A DNA stretch of 33,596 bases from Patescibacteria group bacterium (GCA_004297215.1 SCUM01000001.1:808716-842311), one strand, 5' to 3'. Counted from the first letter of the stretch, positions 14,082-22,650 are shown. Program-made: numbers and translations. Notes: generated from the letters alone by a model not told the origin.

Positions 14082-14155
14082 TGGAGCGGGCGACGGGAAT
14101 CGAACCCGTGACTACTCCTTGGAAGAGAGTCGTTTGACCACTAAACTACGCCCGC
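14082..14155 (-). tRNA. tRNA-Gly (anticodon UCC), CCA encoded
   Basis: Reverse complement GCGGGCG-TA-GTTT..AAAC-G-ACTCT-CTTCCAA-GGAGT-AGTC-ACGGG-TTCGATT-CCCGT-CGCCCGC-TCCA folds as a cloverleaf. Confidence 0.93.
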
Positions 14156-14178
14156 ATTTTGAAGCTCCAATGGCCATC

Positions 14179-14207
14179 AGTATAGCAGAAACGACCCCGT
14201 TTGTCCA
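14179..14207 (-). promoter_or_regulatory. promoter of tRNA-Gly
   Basis: Minus strand reads TGGACA, 17-nt spacer, TATACT with a TGC extension (TGCTATACT), about 25 nt upstream of the tRNA 5' end. Confidence 0.5.
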
Positions 14208-14222
14208 GGGCCGTTTCGTCGG

Positions 14223-15056
14223 TCATTTGCGTCGTTTCCAGGCCAGATAGGCCGTAGAGAGCAAGAGGGCGGCTCCGAGGATGATATCGGCCGGCTTGGC
14301 GGATTCATACCAGGCTATGAGCGGCCGGTACCAGGGCCGTGCCGTGCCTTTGGCTGGCGGGAACCCGATGCCGGGCGCTACGTCGATCTCGGTGCGGCTC
14401 CCGTCGGAAACGCCCATCACCAGGCGCCAGGCGGGTTCCTTGGCCGGGACTTCCGAGAAGGGGATGGAGAGGGTGATCACGCTGCCCTTGATGCGGAAAC
14501 GCATCGCCGTCTCCTTGTTGATCCCCCAAGTCTGCGCGGTGGGTTCCGGATTGTACCAGCGGAAGTCCGTGTACCAGCCGTTGTCCGGGTTGTGCTCGAG
14601 CGTGAATTCCGCATCCATGCCCCCGCGCACCCCCTCGTTGGGCGCATTGTTGTCGGGAACGCCGTCCGCATCGGCGTACGCGTGGAAGACCGCCCTTCCG
14701 GATGGCTTCACGGGCAGGTCGCCTCCGAGCGTCACCTCGATTTCCCATACCCCGTCCCCCTCTTTGCGCTCGATGGACGCGTGCCCGATGTCGCCCCAGG
14801 GCTGTTGCACGGTGGTAGTGCGTCCGACGCGGTCAAGCACGTCCCCGAGCGGATCGTCGATGAACGCCTCGCCCGTGACGGATTCGAAAGGCTCGCGATC
14901 CTCCGTAGGCATGCCGACCGCGAGCTGTTCGTCCGTGAGTCCGAGCTCCTGGCGAAGGTAGTCATCCGTGCCAGGCCGCAGCGCGTCGTCGTGGGCGGAG
15001 GCGGGAAGGGGAGAAATGGCGGAAAGGGTCGAAAGGATGATGATCAGGAATTTCAT
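14223..15056 (-). CDS. exported hypothetical protein with N-terminal signal peptide and C-terminal membrane anchor
   Basis: Start at MKFLIIILSTLSAISPLPASA (track ORF starts 11 codons earlier). C-terminus ADIILGAALLLSTAYLAWKRRK. No family recognised. Confidence 0.7.
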   Translation of the reverse strand: MKFLIIILSTLSAISPLPASAHDDALRPGTDDYLRQELGLTDEQLAVGMPTEDREPFESVTGEAFIDDPLGDVLDRVGRTTTVQQPWGDIGHASIERKEGDGVWEIEVTLGGDLPVKPSGRAVFHAYADADGVPDNNAPNEGVRGGMDAEFTLEHNPDNGWYTDFRWYNPEPTAQTWGINKETAMRFRIKGSVITLSIPFSEVPAKEPAWRLVMGVSDGSRTEIDVAPGIGFPPAKGTARPWYRPLIAWYESAKPADIILGAALLLSTAYLAWKRRK

Positions 15057-15156
15057 ATGGGTCGAAGACCATGAGCGGTTCAATATCACACAACGCCCGC
15101 CCTTCGACAGGCTCAGGGCATTCGACTACCTCATAAAAAAGACAACGGTAGTCGAA

Positions 15157-15233
15157 TGGTCGGGCTGGCCGGACTTGAACCGGCGGCCTCCTGCTCCCAA
15201 AGCAGGCGTTCTAGCCAACTGAACTACAGCCCG
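15157..15233 (-). tRNA. tRNA-Pro (anticodon UGG), CCA encoded
   Basis: Reverse complement CGGGCTG-TA-GTTCAGTTGGCTAGAAC-G-CCTGC-TTTGGGA-GCAGG-AGGCC-GCCGG-TTCAAGT-CCGGC-CAGCCCG-ACCA. Confidence 0.93.
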
Positions 15234-15243
15234 AAGTGCGCGA

Positions 15244-15272
15244 ACGATAACAAAAATCCCTTGCTTTCGCAA
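15244..15272 (-). promoter_or_regulatory. possible tRNA-Pro promoter embedded in the upstream terminator
   Basis: Minus strand reads TTGCGA, 17-nt spacer, TATCGT, ending about 10 nt before the tRNA 5' end. Confidence 0.35.
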
Positions 15273-15278
15273 GGGATT
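15255..15278 (-). terminator. rho-independent terminator of the 366-aa secreted-protein gene
   Basis: Minus strand reads AATCCCTTGC-GAAA-GCAAGGGATT followed by TTTTGTT, 6 nt after the stop. Confidence 0.6.
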
Positions 15279-15283
15279 CTCGT

Positions 15284-16384
15284 CTAGTACGGGAACCGGA
15301 TGTCTGGTTCGATCCCCAATGCCGTGCCGACGGCATAGGTGCTGGCAAGCCGCGTCGAAATGGTCACCACGAACTCGCCGCGGAACCGCATCTCACTGAA
15401 GGCCGGGATCGCGCGCGTGACGGCGTCGTCCACGTACACCACTTCGCCGGACGGCAGGGAGCCCAACGTTCCGTCCGGATGCGCCTCGTCGGTGAGCTCG
15501 GCGCCGACGACGTAGTTGCGGAAGAACGTGTCCGGGATGTCGATCACGCGTTTGGCCCAGTCAGCGCCATAGAGCTCGCGGGCGACCTCCTCCGAGGCGA
15601 TGGGGCGCAGGATGGATCCCGGTTCCACGGCGTACACTTTTGGATCGGTCATGAGCTTCACGAGATACGTGCCCGCGCGGACGGTGACGTTCTTTCCGAG
15701 CTGGTAGGAGGCGAGATGTTCCGGATCGATGAACGCGACGTCCGAGAAGTCCGCGTACCAGGAGCGATAGACGGTAAGCGACGGGAACGCATGGCGCATG
15801 CCGTCGCCGCCGATCGCGTATACGGCGCTGTCCATGTCCGTCGTCGGATCCCCGTCGTCGGGGAGCTTCACGAGCAGTCCGCGCGTCCCCGCCGTTTCGG
15901 GTTCTTCCGCCGCCGGCAAGTCTTGCGCCGGAGTTCCCGCCGTCCCCGCGGACTCGACCGCGTCCAGCTTCCAGCGCTCCTCGCGGGTGCTGGTGAGCCG
16001 TACGAAACGATAGGGGGTCGCGAGGTCGTAGGGCACGACGAAGCTGGTTTGCGAGAGCGGGACCGCCCCCGCCACCTCTTTGACCTCGTTGCCCTCCGCG
16101 TCAAGGAATTCCGCCCGGTATTGGGCGCCGAACTCCAGGAGCACGTCGTACACCGTGAGCGCGCCGATCCCTTCCTCGCCTTCACCCAGGTCGAGCGTGA
16201 GCGTGGCGTCCTTTTCAAGGAAATCGGCGTACGCTTGGTCCGGCCCGCCCAAGGCATTGCCTGGGGAGAGTACGCCCCTTGATACTTGGGAGAAGGCGTC
16301 GGCGTACCGGTCGCTTTGCGCGGCCGAGGCGGCCAAGGGAAGCAGGAGGGAGGCCGTGACGAGCGCGGGGAAGAGTCGATTCAT
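15284..16384 (-). CDS. secreted hypothetical protein
   Basis: 366 aa with signal peptide MNRLFPALVTASLLLPLAASAAQ. The C-terminal half (LVKLPDDG..VYAIGGDGMRHAFPS..TVYRSWY..) resembles domains I recall from uncharacterised CPR exoproteins. This is memory-based only. Confidence 0.8.
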   Translation of the reverse strand: MNRLFPALVTASLLLPLAASAAQSDRYADAFSQVSRGVLSPGNALGGPDQAYADFLEKDATLTLDLGEGEEGIGALTVYDVLLEFGAQYRAEFLDAEGNEVKEVAGAVPLSQTSFVVPYDLATPYRFVRLTSTREERWKLDAVESAGTAGTPAQDLPAAEEPETAGTRGLLVKLPDDGDPTTDMDSAVYAIGGDGMRHAFPSLTVYRSWYADFSDVAFIDPEHLASYQLGKNVTVRAGTYLVKLMTDPKVYAVEPGSILRPIASEEVARELYGADWAKRVIDIPDTFFRNYVVGAELTDEAHPDGTLGSLPSGEVVYVDDAVTRAIPAFSEMRFRGEFVVTISTRLASTYAVGTALGIEPDIRFPY

Positions 16385-16431
16385 ACGATGGACAGGATAG
16401 CAGACCTCTCATCCAAGCGGTAGCCGCAGGC

Positions 16432-16460
16432 TTGACCGTTTGGCTCGGATTTCCTAAACT
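16432..16460 (+). promoter_or_regulatory. promoter of tRNA-Ile
   Basis: TTGACC, 17-nt spacer, TAAACT, ending 13 nt before the tRNA. Confidence 0.5.
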
Positions 16461-16473
16461 ATCGGCACATTAC

Positions 16474-16550
16474 GGGCGTGTAGCTCAGTTGGTTAGAGCG
16501 CGACACTGATAATGTCGAGGTCCCAAGTTCGACTCTTGGCACGCCCACCA
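16474..16550 (+). tRNA. tRNA-Ile (anticodon GAU), CCA encoded
   Basis: GGGCGTG-TA-GCTCAGTTGGTTAGAGC-G-CGACA-CTGATAA-TGTCG-AGGTC-CCAAG-TTCGACT-CTTGG-CACGCCC-ACCA. Confidence 0.95.
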
Positions 16551-16553
16551 TTC

Positions 16554-16658
16554 GACTCACTGCGTTCGCTCATGGTGTTCCACCATCTGACTCACTGCGT
16601 TCGCTCATGGTGTTCCACCATCTGACTCACTGCGTTCGCTCATGGTGTTCCACCATCG
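16554..16658 (+). repeat. 3 x 35-nt perfect tandem direct repeat abutting the tRNA-Ile 3' end
   Basis: The unit GACTCACTGCGTTCGCTCATGGTGTTCCACCATCT lies at 16554, 16589 and 16624. Only the last base of copy 3 differs. Each unit ends in CCACCAT, like the tRNA 3' end. Confidence 0.95.
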
Positions 16659-16709
16659 TGAGGAGAATGTCCTGAGCTTGTCGAAGGACATGCGGTATAC
16701 TGGGAGGAT

Positions 16710-17156
16710 ATGACCGACATCAGCAGCCTCGATATCCTGATCCGTCTCGTGGTGGCCGCCTCGCTCGGAGCCGTCATCGGCCTCGAACGCGAGTACCGTC
16801 ACAAGCCGGCCGGGGTACGCACCGACATCCTGGTCGCGCTGGGCACGGCCGTGATGACCATCGTCTCCGTCGAGATCGCGAGGTTTTCCGACTCCTCCTC
16901 GGCGGTGGACGTGAGCCGCGTCGTGAGCCAGGTGCTTCCGGGCATCGGCTTCATCGGCGCCGGAACCATCCTGCAGGCCAAGGGCCATGTGGAAGGGCTC
17001 ACGACCGCGGCGAGCATCTGGCTCGTGGCCGGAGTGGGGATGGCGGTCGGTCTCGGGCTGTTCCCGCTCGCGGTGATGGCGACGGCGCTCGGCGTGGGGT
17101 CGCTCATCCTCCTGCACGTGGTGAAGCTCCCCGAGGACGGGGGAAAGGACAATTGA
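16710..17156 (+). CDS. mgtC: MgtC/SapB-family membrane protein
   Basis: 148 aa with LIRLVVAASLGAVIGLEREYRHKPAGVRTDILVALG, the MgtC N-terminal signature. SD GGGAGG lies 4 nt upstream. Confidence 0.85.
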   Translation: MTDISSLDILIRLVVAASLGAVIGLEREYRHKPAGVRTDILVALGTAVMTIVSVEIARFSDSSSAVDVSRVVSQVLPGIGFIGAGTILQAKGHVEGLTTAASIWLVAGVGMAVGLGLFPLAVMATALGVGSLILLHVVKLPEDGGKDN

Positions 17157-17165
17157 GAAGCGTCT

Positions 17166-17240
17166 GCCGAGGTAGCTCAGTGGTAGAGCGCAGGCCTGAA
17201 GAGCCTGGCGTCGTGGGTTCAATTCCCACCCTCGGCACCA
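17166..17240 (+). tRNA. tRNA-Phe (anticodon GAA), CCA encoded
   Basis: GCCGAGG-TA-GCTCAGTGGTAGAGC-G-CAGGC-CTGAAGA-GCCTG-GCGTC-GTGGG-TTCAATT-CCCAC-CCTCGGC-ACCA. Confidence 0.95.
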
Positions 17241-17272
17241 AAAACACCCCGACATCATGTCGGGGTGTTTTC
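17241..17272. terminator. bidirectional terminator shared by tRNA-Phe (+) and the 16S unit (-)
   Basis: AAAA-ACACCCCGACA-TCA-TGTCGGGGTGT-TTT. A- and T-runs on both sides. Confidence 0.7.
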
Positions 17273-17281
17273 GTTTATCAT

Positions 17282-17301
17282 CTGGGTGATTGCAACGTCT
17301 C
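17282..17301 (-). other. 3' half of the 16S precursor processing stem
   Basis: 20 nt perfectly complementary to 18963-18982 on the other side of the 16S gene. Confidence 0.7.
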
Positions 17302-17386
17302 AAGGTTCTACTACTGTCAATCAGTGTTTGAGACTGATCTCGACCTAGGACTGACCCCGACATGACGTCGGGGTGGTTTCCCTGGT

Positions 17387-18880
<1,494 letters not shown>

Positions 18881-18962
18881 ACCCTTCGATCGCCTTGCGG
18901 CGCCTCAGGGCTCTGCGATATCGAAGTGCCGGCACTCCCGTGAGGGAGTCCTGCACATCTAC

Positions 18963-18982
18963 GAGACGTTGCAATCACCCAG
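18963..18982 (-). other. 5' half of the 16S precursor processing stem
   Basis: Perfect 20-nt complement of 17282-17301. Confidence 0.7.
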
Positions 18983-19071
18983 GAGACAAATCCCTTGGAA
19001 TGAAATCTCGTGACCCTTGACTCGTGTATTTATTGGCGTCTTACAACTTGAGTTGTACGACATCTGATTCG

Positions 19072-19101
19072 ATTTTGAAGGCGCGCGCCCTCAAGGGTCA
19101 A
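19072..19101 (-). promoter_or_regulatory. candidate 16S rRNA promoter
   Basis: Minus strand reads TTGACC (19101-19096), 17-nt spacer, TCAAAAT. It is immediately preceded on the same strand by a hairpin plus T-run (19137-19104). Confidence 0.45.
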
Positions 19102-19319
19102 TGGAAAACTCATTCGGGGCAAGCCCTCGAATGAGTCCGTTTCCTTGGATCCGCTTGTGAACTTCGTGGCGGTATCTTAGTGGGGTCGCGAAACCCTGTC
19201 AACCCCGACGTCCCTGGAGGCAGGGAGTCGGGGCTCCGACCCCGGAAAACCGGGCGTCGGAGGAGCTTTTGGGGGAGGGGGTGTGGAAGGGCTGGGGAGG
19301 GCCGAATTCCGGCCTTCCG

Positions 19320-19328
19320 TGCTATCAT
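19320..19328 (+). promoter_or_regulatory. extended -10 (TGCTATCAT) for the SIMPL-domain gene
   Basis: TGnTATCAT lies 29 nt upstream of the SD-preceded ATG at 19357. Confidence 0.35.
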
Positions 19329-19356
19329 TCCCCCAATGTCATTAACCAAGGAGGAT

Positions 19357-20121
19357 ATGATTCCCAAATGGAAAGAGAACAGGCCAGCCAGCCTCGCGCT
19401 CGTCCTGCTGTGCGCGTTCGGCACGATGTTCCTGTGGGCCAAGACCGACCTCGCCATGCGGCAGGCGCGGCAGGTGGGCCGGCCCGAGCCGCTCGAACAT
19501 GTCATTTCCGTGGAGGGGACGGGCAAGGCACTCGGGAAGCCCGACATCGCCACGGTGTACTTCGGCGTGGAGAGCCGCGGCGCCGACGTGGCCTCGGCGC
19601 AGACGAAGAACACCGAGAGCATGAACGCCCTGCTCGGCAAGATGAAGGCGCTCGGGATCAGCGAGGATGACATCCAGACATCCTCCTACAATTCTTACGA
19701 AGACATCGAGTACACCTCATCGGGCCGTCAGCCCAAGGGATGGGTGGTGAGCCAGCAGGTCACGGTGAAGGTGCGCGACGTGGCGAAGATCGCCTCCGTG
19801 CTCCAGACGGCCGGACAGAACGGGGCCACCAATATTTCCGGTCCCTCCTTCACGATCGACGACCCGAGCAACCTGCTTGCCGAGGCGCGCGAAAAGGCGC
19901 TCAAGGACGCCCAGGAGAAGGCCGTGTCGCTGGCCGCCACGCTGGGGGTCCGGCTGGAGCGCGTCGTGGGCTACAGCGAATATTCCGGCGGCGGGCCCGT
20001 CCCGTACTATGACCGCGCCATGTCCGCCGGCTTTGGCGGGGGGATCGAGGCGCCCAACATCCAGCCCGGTCAGAACGAAGTGAGCCTCAACGTGAGCGTG
20101 ACGTACAAGCTGGTGGACTAA
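19357..20121 (+). CDS. SIMPL/DUF541-domain periplasmic protein
   Basis: Start chosen at the ATG 5 nt after AAGGAGG (track ORF starts at 19180). Has an N-terminal TM/signal segment. VSVTYKL at the C-terminus and SGPSFTIDDP..EAREKALKDAQEKA blocks are typical of SIMPL. Confidence 0.85.
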   Translation: MIPKWKENRPASLALVLLCAFGTMFLWAKTDLAMRQARQVGRPEPLEHVISVEGTGKALGKPDIATVYFGVESRGADVASAQTKNTESMNALLGKMKALGISEDDIQTSSYNSYEDIEYTSSGRQPKGWVVSQQVTVKVRDVAKIASVLQTAGQNGATNISGPSFTIDDPSNLLAEAREKALKDAQEKAVSLAATLGVRLERVVGYSEYSGGGPVPYYDRAMSAGFGGGIEAPNIQPGQNEVSLNVSVTYKLVD

Positions 20122-20129
20122 AAGAAGGA

Positions 20130-20157
20130 CCCCTCCCTTCGCGAAGGGAGGGGTTTT
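20130..20157. terminator. bidirectional terminator between convergent genes
   Basis: CCCCTCCCTTCG-CGAAGGGAGGGG palindromic stem followed by TTTT. Confidence 0.7.
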
Positions 20158-20523
20158 CTATTCCTCCGGTTCCTCTCTCCACCCCTTTTTCACCTCGGAC
20201 GCCTCGATGTCCTCGTCCTCCCAACCGAAGTGATGCGCGATCTCATGCCAGAGCGTGCGGCGGATCTCCTCCCGCACCTCCTCATGGGCGTCGCCGCACT
20301 CGTCGAGGATGTCCTCCATGAACAGCACGACCTTGTCGGGGAGGGGAGCGACGTCCATGTCGGAGCGTTCCACTTGCGGGACGCCAATGTATTCGCCCAG
20401 GCGGTCGCCGTCCGGGCTCTCGTCCTCGATGACGATCGCGACGTTGTCGAGCTCGGCGATGACATGCTCGGGGAGCAGGTCGAAAGCTTCTCCGGCAAGG
20501 CGTTCGAATTCTTCGCGGGTCAT
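20158..20523 (-). CDS. zinicin-like (DUF1025-type) metallopeptidase family protein
   Basis: 121 aa from MTREEFERL. Has the HExxH motif in LWHEIAHHFG and an acidic C-terminus. The track ORF extends 28 codons upstream into the repeat element. Confidence 0.8.
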   Translation of the reverse strand: MTREEFERLAGEAFDLLPEHVIAELDNVAIVIEDESPDGDRLGEYIGVPQVERSDMDVAPLPDKVVLFMEDILDECGDAHEEVREEIRRTLWHEIAHHFGWEDEDIEASEVKKGWREEPEE

Positions 20524-20530
20524 AGGATTC

Positions 20531-20605
20531 TGTCTTTGCGAGAAGGCCTCAGCCGACGAAGCAATCTCCCGGAAGGTTGCTTCGCCCTGACGGGCTCGCA
20601 ATGAC
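20531..20605. repeat. about 75-nt imperfect-palindromic intergenic repeat, copy 2 (inverted relative to copy 1)
   Basis: GGCCTCAGCCGACGAAGCAATCTCCCGGAAGGTTGCTTCG.. matches the reverse complement of 10521-10602. Outer arms are TTGCGAG / CTCGCAA. Confidence 0.65.
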
Positions 20606-20617
20606 AAGAAATGGAAA

Positions 20618-20647
20618 TTGACAGTCGGTTTACCTCGGCGATACCAT
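20618..20647 (+). promoter_or_regulatory. candidate khpA promoter
   Basis: TTGACA, 18-nt spacer, TACCAT. Confidence 0.4.
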
Positions 20648-20689
20648 ATTCCCTGCTAACTAAGCAAGGCCGAATCAGATGTCACTGAT

Positions 20690-21022
20690 ATGGAACGCGA
20701 CCAGGAATTCGTCGAGTACGTCATCAAGGCGATCGTGAACAAGCCGGACGAGGTGAAGACCGAACGCACGGTGGACGAGCGCGGGGTACTCATCACGCTC
20801 CACGTGAACCCGGAAGACATGGGGTACGTGATCGGCCGCCAAGGCCAGACCGCCCGTTCGGTGCGCACGCTCCTGAAGATCGTCGGGGCCAAGAACGACG
20901 CGCGCGTGAACTTCAAGATCCACGAGCCGGAGGGTTCCCGCCGCATGCGCATCCCGCGCGAGGACATGGAAGCCGCCAACGCCCCGACGGGCGAAGCGTC
21001 CATCGACGACCTGGGCATCTAG
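20690..21022 (+). CDS. khpA: KH-domain RNA-binding protein KhpA (YlqC/UPF0109) with C-terminal extension
   Basis: The segment VEYVIKAIVNKPDEVKTERTVDERGVLITLHVNPEDMGYVIGRQGQTARSVRTLL contains the KH GxxG loop (GRQG). 110 aa, versus about 80 aa for typical members. Confidence 0.85.
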   Translation: MERDQEFVEYVIKAIVNKPDEVKTERTVDERGVLITLHVNPEDMGYVIGRQGQTARSVRTLLKIVGAKNDARVNFKIHEPEGSRRMRIPREDMEAANAPTGEASIDDLGI

Positions 21023-21035
21023 ACAAGACGTTCGT

Positions 21036-21064
21036 GAAAATCGACTACGGGGTAGTCGATTTTC
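21036..21064 (+). terminator. 13-bp perfect hairpin after khpA
   Basis: GAAAATCGACTAC-GGG-GTAGTCGATTTTC, 14 nt after the stop. The T-run lies within the 3' arm. Confidence 0.45.
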
Positions 21065-21105
21065 GTTGGGACATCTACGATGCGTTGGTGGCTGATGCCG
21101 TTGGT

Positions 21106-21522
21106 ATGCAATTGAATTACGAAAAGCTTGATGTCGTTCGGATGGCGCGTTTGCTGTGCATCGATGTTTACCGTCGGACGAAGTCGTGGCCGGGCGATGA
21201 GCGCATGTTAGGGGGATTGGGTCATCAAGTGCGGCGCGCATCCGTTTCCGTCTGTCTGAATCTTGCGGAAGGGAGCGCGGGTACCTCGGCCGACTTCGCT
21301 CGTTTTGTCCAGATTTCTACAAAATCGCTCGTGGAGGTACGAGAGTCATTGATGTTAGCAGCGGAGCTCGGATTTCAGCCGTACGATGATGCTATTGAAG
21401 AAACGCTTACAACCCTGTATTTTAAGCTGATTAACTTAAGGAGGGTTTTGCAGACCCAGCCAACCCGCGCCCGCCAGACAAAAAGCGAAATCCAACAAAC
21501 ACAAAGTACGAACAGCCCGTAG
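21106..21522 (+). CDS. four-helix-bundle protein (23S rRNA intervening-sequence protein family)
   Basis: Start at MQLNYEKLDV. The pattern ..YRRTKSWPGDERMLGGLGHQVRRASVSVCLNLAEGSAG.S..DFARFVQISTKSLVEVRESL.. matches the family. Lower GC. The track start 21034 lies inside the hairpin. Confidence 0.75.
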   Translation: MQLNYEKLDVVRMARLLCIDVYRRTKSWPGDERMLGGLGHQVRRASVSVCLNLAEGSAGTSADFARFVQISTKSLVEVRESLMLAAELGFQPYDDAIEETLTTLYFKLINLRRVLQTQPTRARQTKSEIQQTQSTNSP

Positions 21523-21551
21523 GGCTACCAACGCCGAAGGCACCAACATCT

Positions 21552-22232
21552 ATGCCCAACCACAAACCTCGCCGCTTCGACATCCTGACGATTTTTCCCG
21601 AAGTGGTCGCCCCGTACGCGGAGGCGTCCATTTTGGGTCGGGCGCAGAAGGGGAAGCTCATCAAGGTCGTCGCGCACAACCTGAGGGACTGGTCGACGGA
21701 CAAGCATCGCAAGGTGGACGACACGCCATATGGCGGAGGCCCCGGGATGGTAATGAAGGTGGAGCCGATTGAGAAAGGGGTGAAGAGCTTGAGGAGCTTG
21801 AAGGGCTTGAGGGGGAAGAAGGTCCGGGTGATCGTGACGAGCGCGTCGGGGAAGCCGTTCACGCAGAAGGACGCGAAGAGGTTGGCGAAGTATGATCAGC
21901 TCATCTTCATCTGCGGCCGCTACGAGGGGATTGATGCGCGCGTCGAGGAACATGTCGCGGATGAGGCGTTCTCGATTGGCAACTACGTCCTGACCGGGGG
22001 AGAGCTTCCGGCCCTGGTCATGATCGACGCGATCGCGCGGAACGTCCCAGGCGTGCTTGGGAAGAGGGAATCGCTCGCCGAGGAATCACACGGGGAGGAA
22101 GGGCTGCTCGAGTATCCGCAATATACAAAGCCGGAGGCGTACAAGAAGTGGAAGGTGCCGTCCGTGCTCCTGTCCGGCAATCACGCCAAGATCGAACAGT
22201 GGCGCAAGGCAAAACAGAAAACCGCCCGGTAA
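21552..22232 (+). CDS. trmD: tRNA (guanine37-N1)-methyltransferase
   Basis: FDILTIFPE, VDDTPYGGGPGMVMKVEP and GRYEGIDARV blocks. Confidence 0.95.
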   Translation: MPNHKPRRFDILTIFPEVVAPYAEASILGRAQKGKLIKVVAHNLRDWSTDKHRKVDDTPYGGGPGMVMKVEPIEKGVKSLRSLKGLRGKKVRVIVTSASGKPFTQKDAKRLAKYDQLIFICGRYEGIDARVEEHVADEAFSIGNYVLTGGELPALVMIDAIARNVPGVLGKRESLAEESHGEEGLLEYPQYTKPEAYKKWKVPSVLLSGNHAKIEQWRKAKQKTAR

Positions 22233-22241
22233 GGGCGGTTT
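22218..22241. terminator. bidirectional terminator overlapping the trmD stop
   Basis: AAAACCGCCC-GGTAA-GGGCGGTTT with the stop TAA in the loop. Same stem sequence as the terminator at 13526. Confidence 0.65.
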
Positions 22242-22283
22242 CGTTTCAGGCGGCGAGGTCCTTCGCTTCGCTCAGGATGGCTT

Positions 22284-22604
22284 CTACGAAGCCACTTTGG
22301 CCTTCTCTTCGGCCATGGCCTTGGCGCGGGTCTTCGAGATATGGGTGACGCTGTGCTTCTTGCCCTCGACCAGCTTCTGGTCGACGAACAGGTTCCACAC
22401 GGTGTCGGAAGGCTGGGCGCCCTTCTCGAGCCAGTGCTTCACCCGATCGGCCTTGAGCACGATCTCCCGCGGATTCGCGTGCGGGTTGAAGTGCCCGAGG
22501 ATCTCGATGGACTTGCCCCACGGATCCTTCAGCTTGTCTTGGACCACCAGGCGGTAGCTGGGGGCGTTTTTTCGTCCCACGCGGGACAGGCGGATAGTGA
22601 CCAT
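22284..22604 (-). CDS. rpsP: 30S ribosomal protein S16
   Basis: MVTIRLSRVGRKNAPSYRLVV.. N-terminus. 106 aa. Confidence 0.95.
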   Translation of the reverse strand: MVTIRLSRVGRKNAPSYRLVVQDKLKDPWGKSIEILGHFNPHANPREIVLKADRVKHWLEKGAQPSDTVWNLFVDQKLVEGKKHSVTHISKTRAKAMAEEKAKVAS

Positions 22605-22650
22605 GTGAGTACGGTTATCAAATCATTGAGCGTGATCTGACAGTGGAGCG

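Noticed and set aside
16554-16658. Possible mini-CRISPR array, suggested by 35-nt repeats.
   Set aside because: The units are directly tandem with no spacers between them, and no cas genes are nearby.
19104-19137. Minus-strand hairpin plus T-run (ACTCATTCGAGGGC-TT-GCCCCGAATGAGT TTTT) as the terminator of a gene.
   Set aside because: No minus-strand gene ends nearby, since the SIMPL gene upstream is on the plus strand. It may only insulate the 16S promoter, so it is not listed as a feature.
19180-19356. N-terminal extension of the SIMPL gene as given in the track (start 19180).
   Set aside because: The extension is Gly/Arg-rich and overlaps the G4 tract and an extended -10 element. A strong AAGGAGG-N5-ATG at 19357 precedes the hydrophobic signal segment.
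21034-21105. Track start (21034) of the four-helix-bundle gene.
   Set aside because: The first 10 codons would lie inside the 13-bp khpA terminator hairpin. Family members start near the MQLNYEKLDV position.
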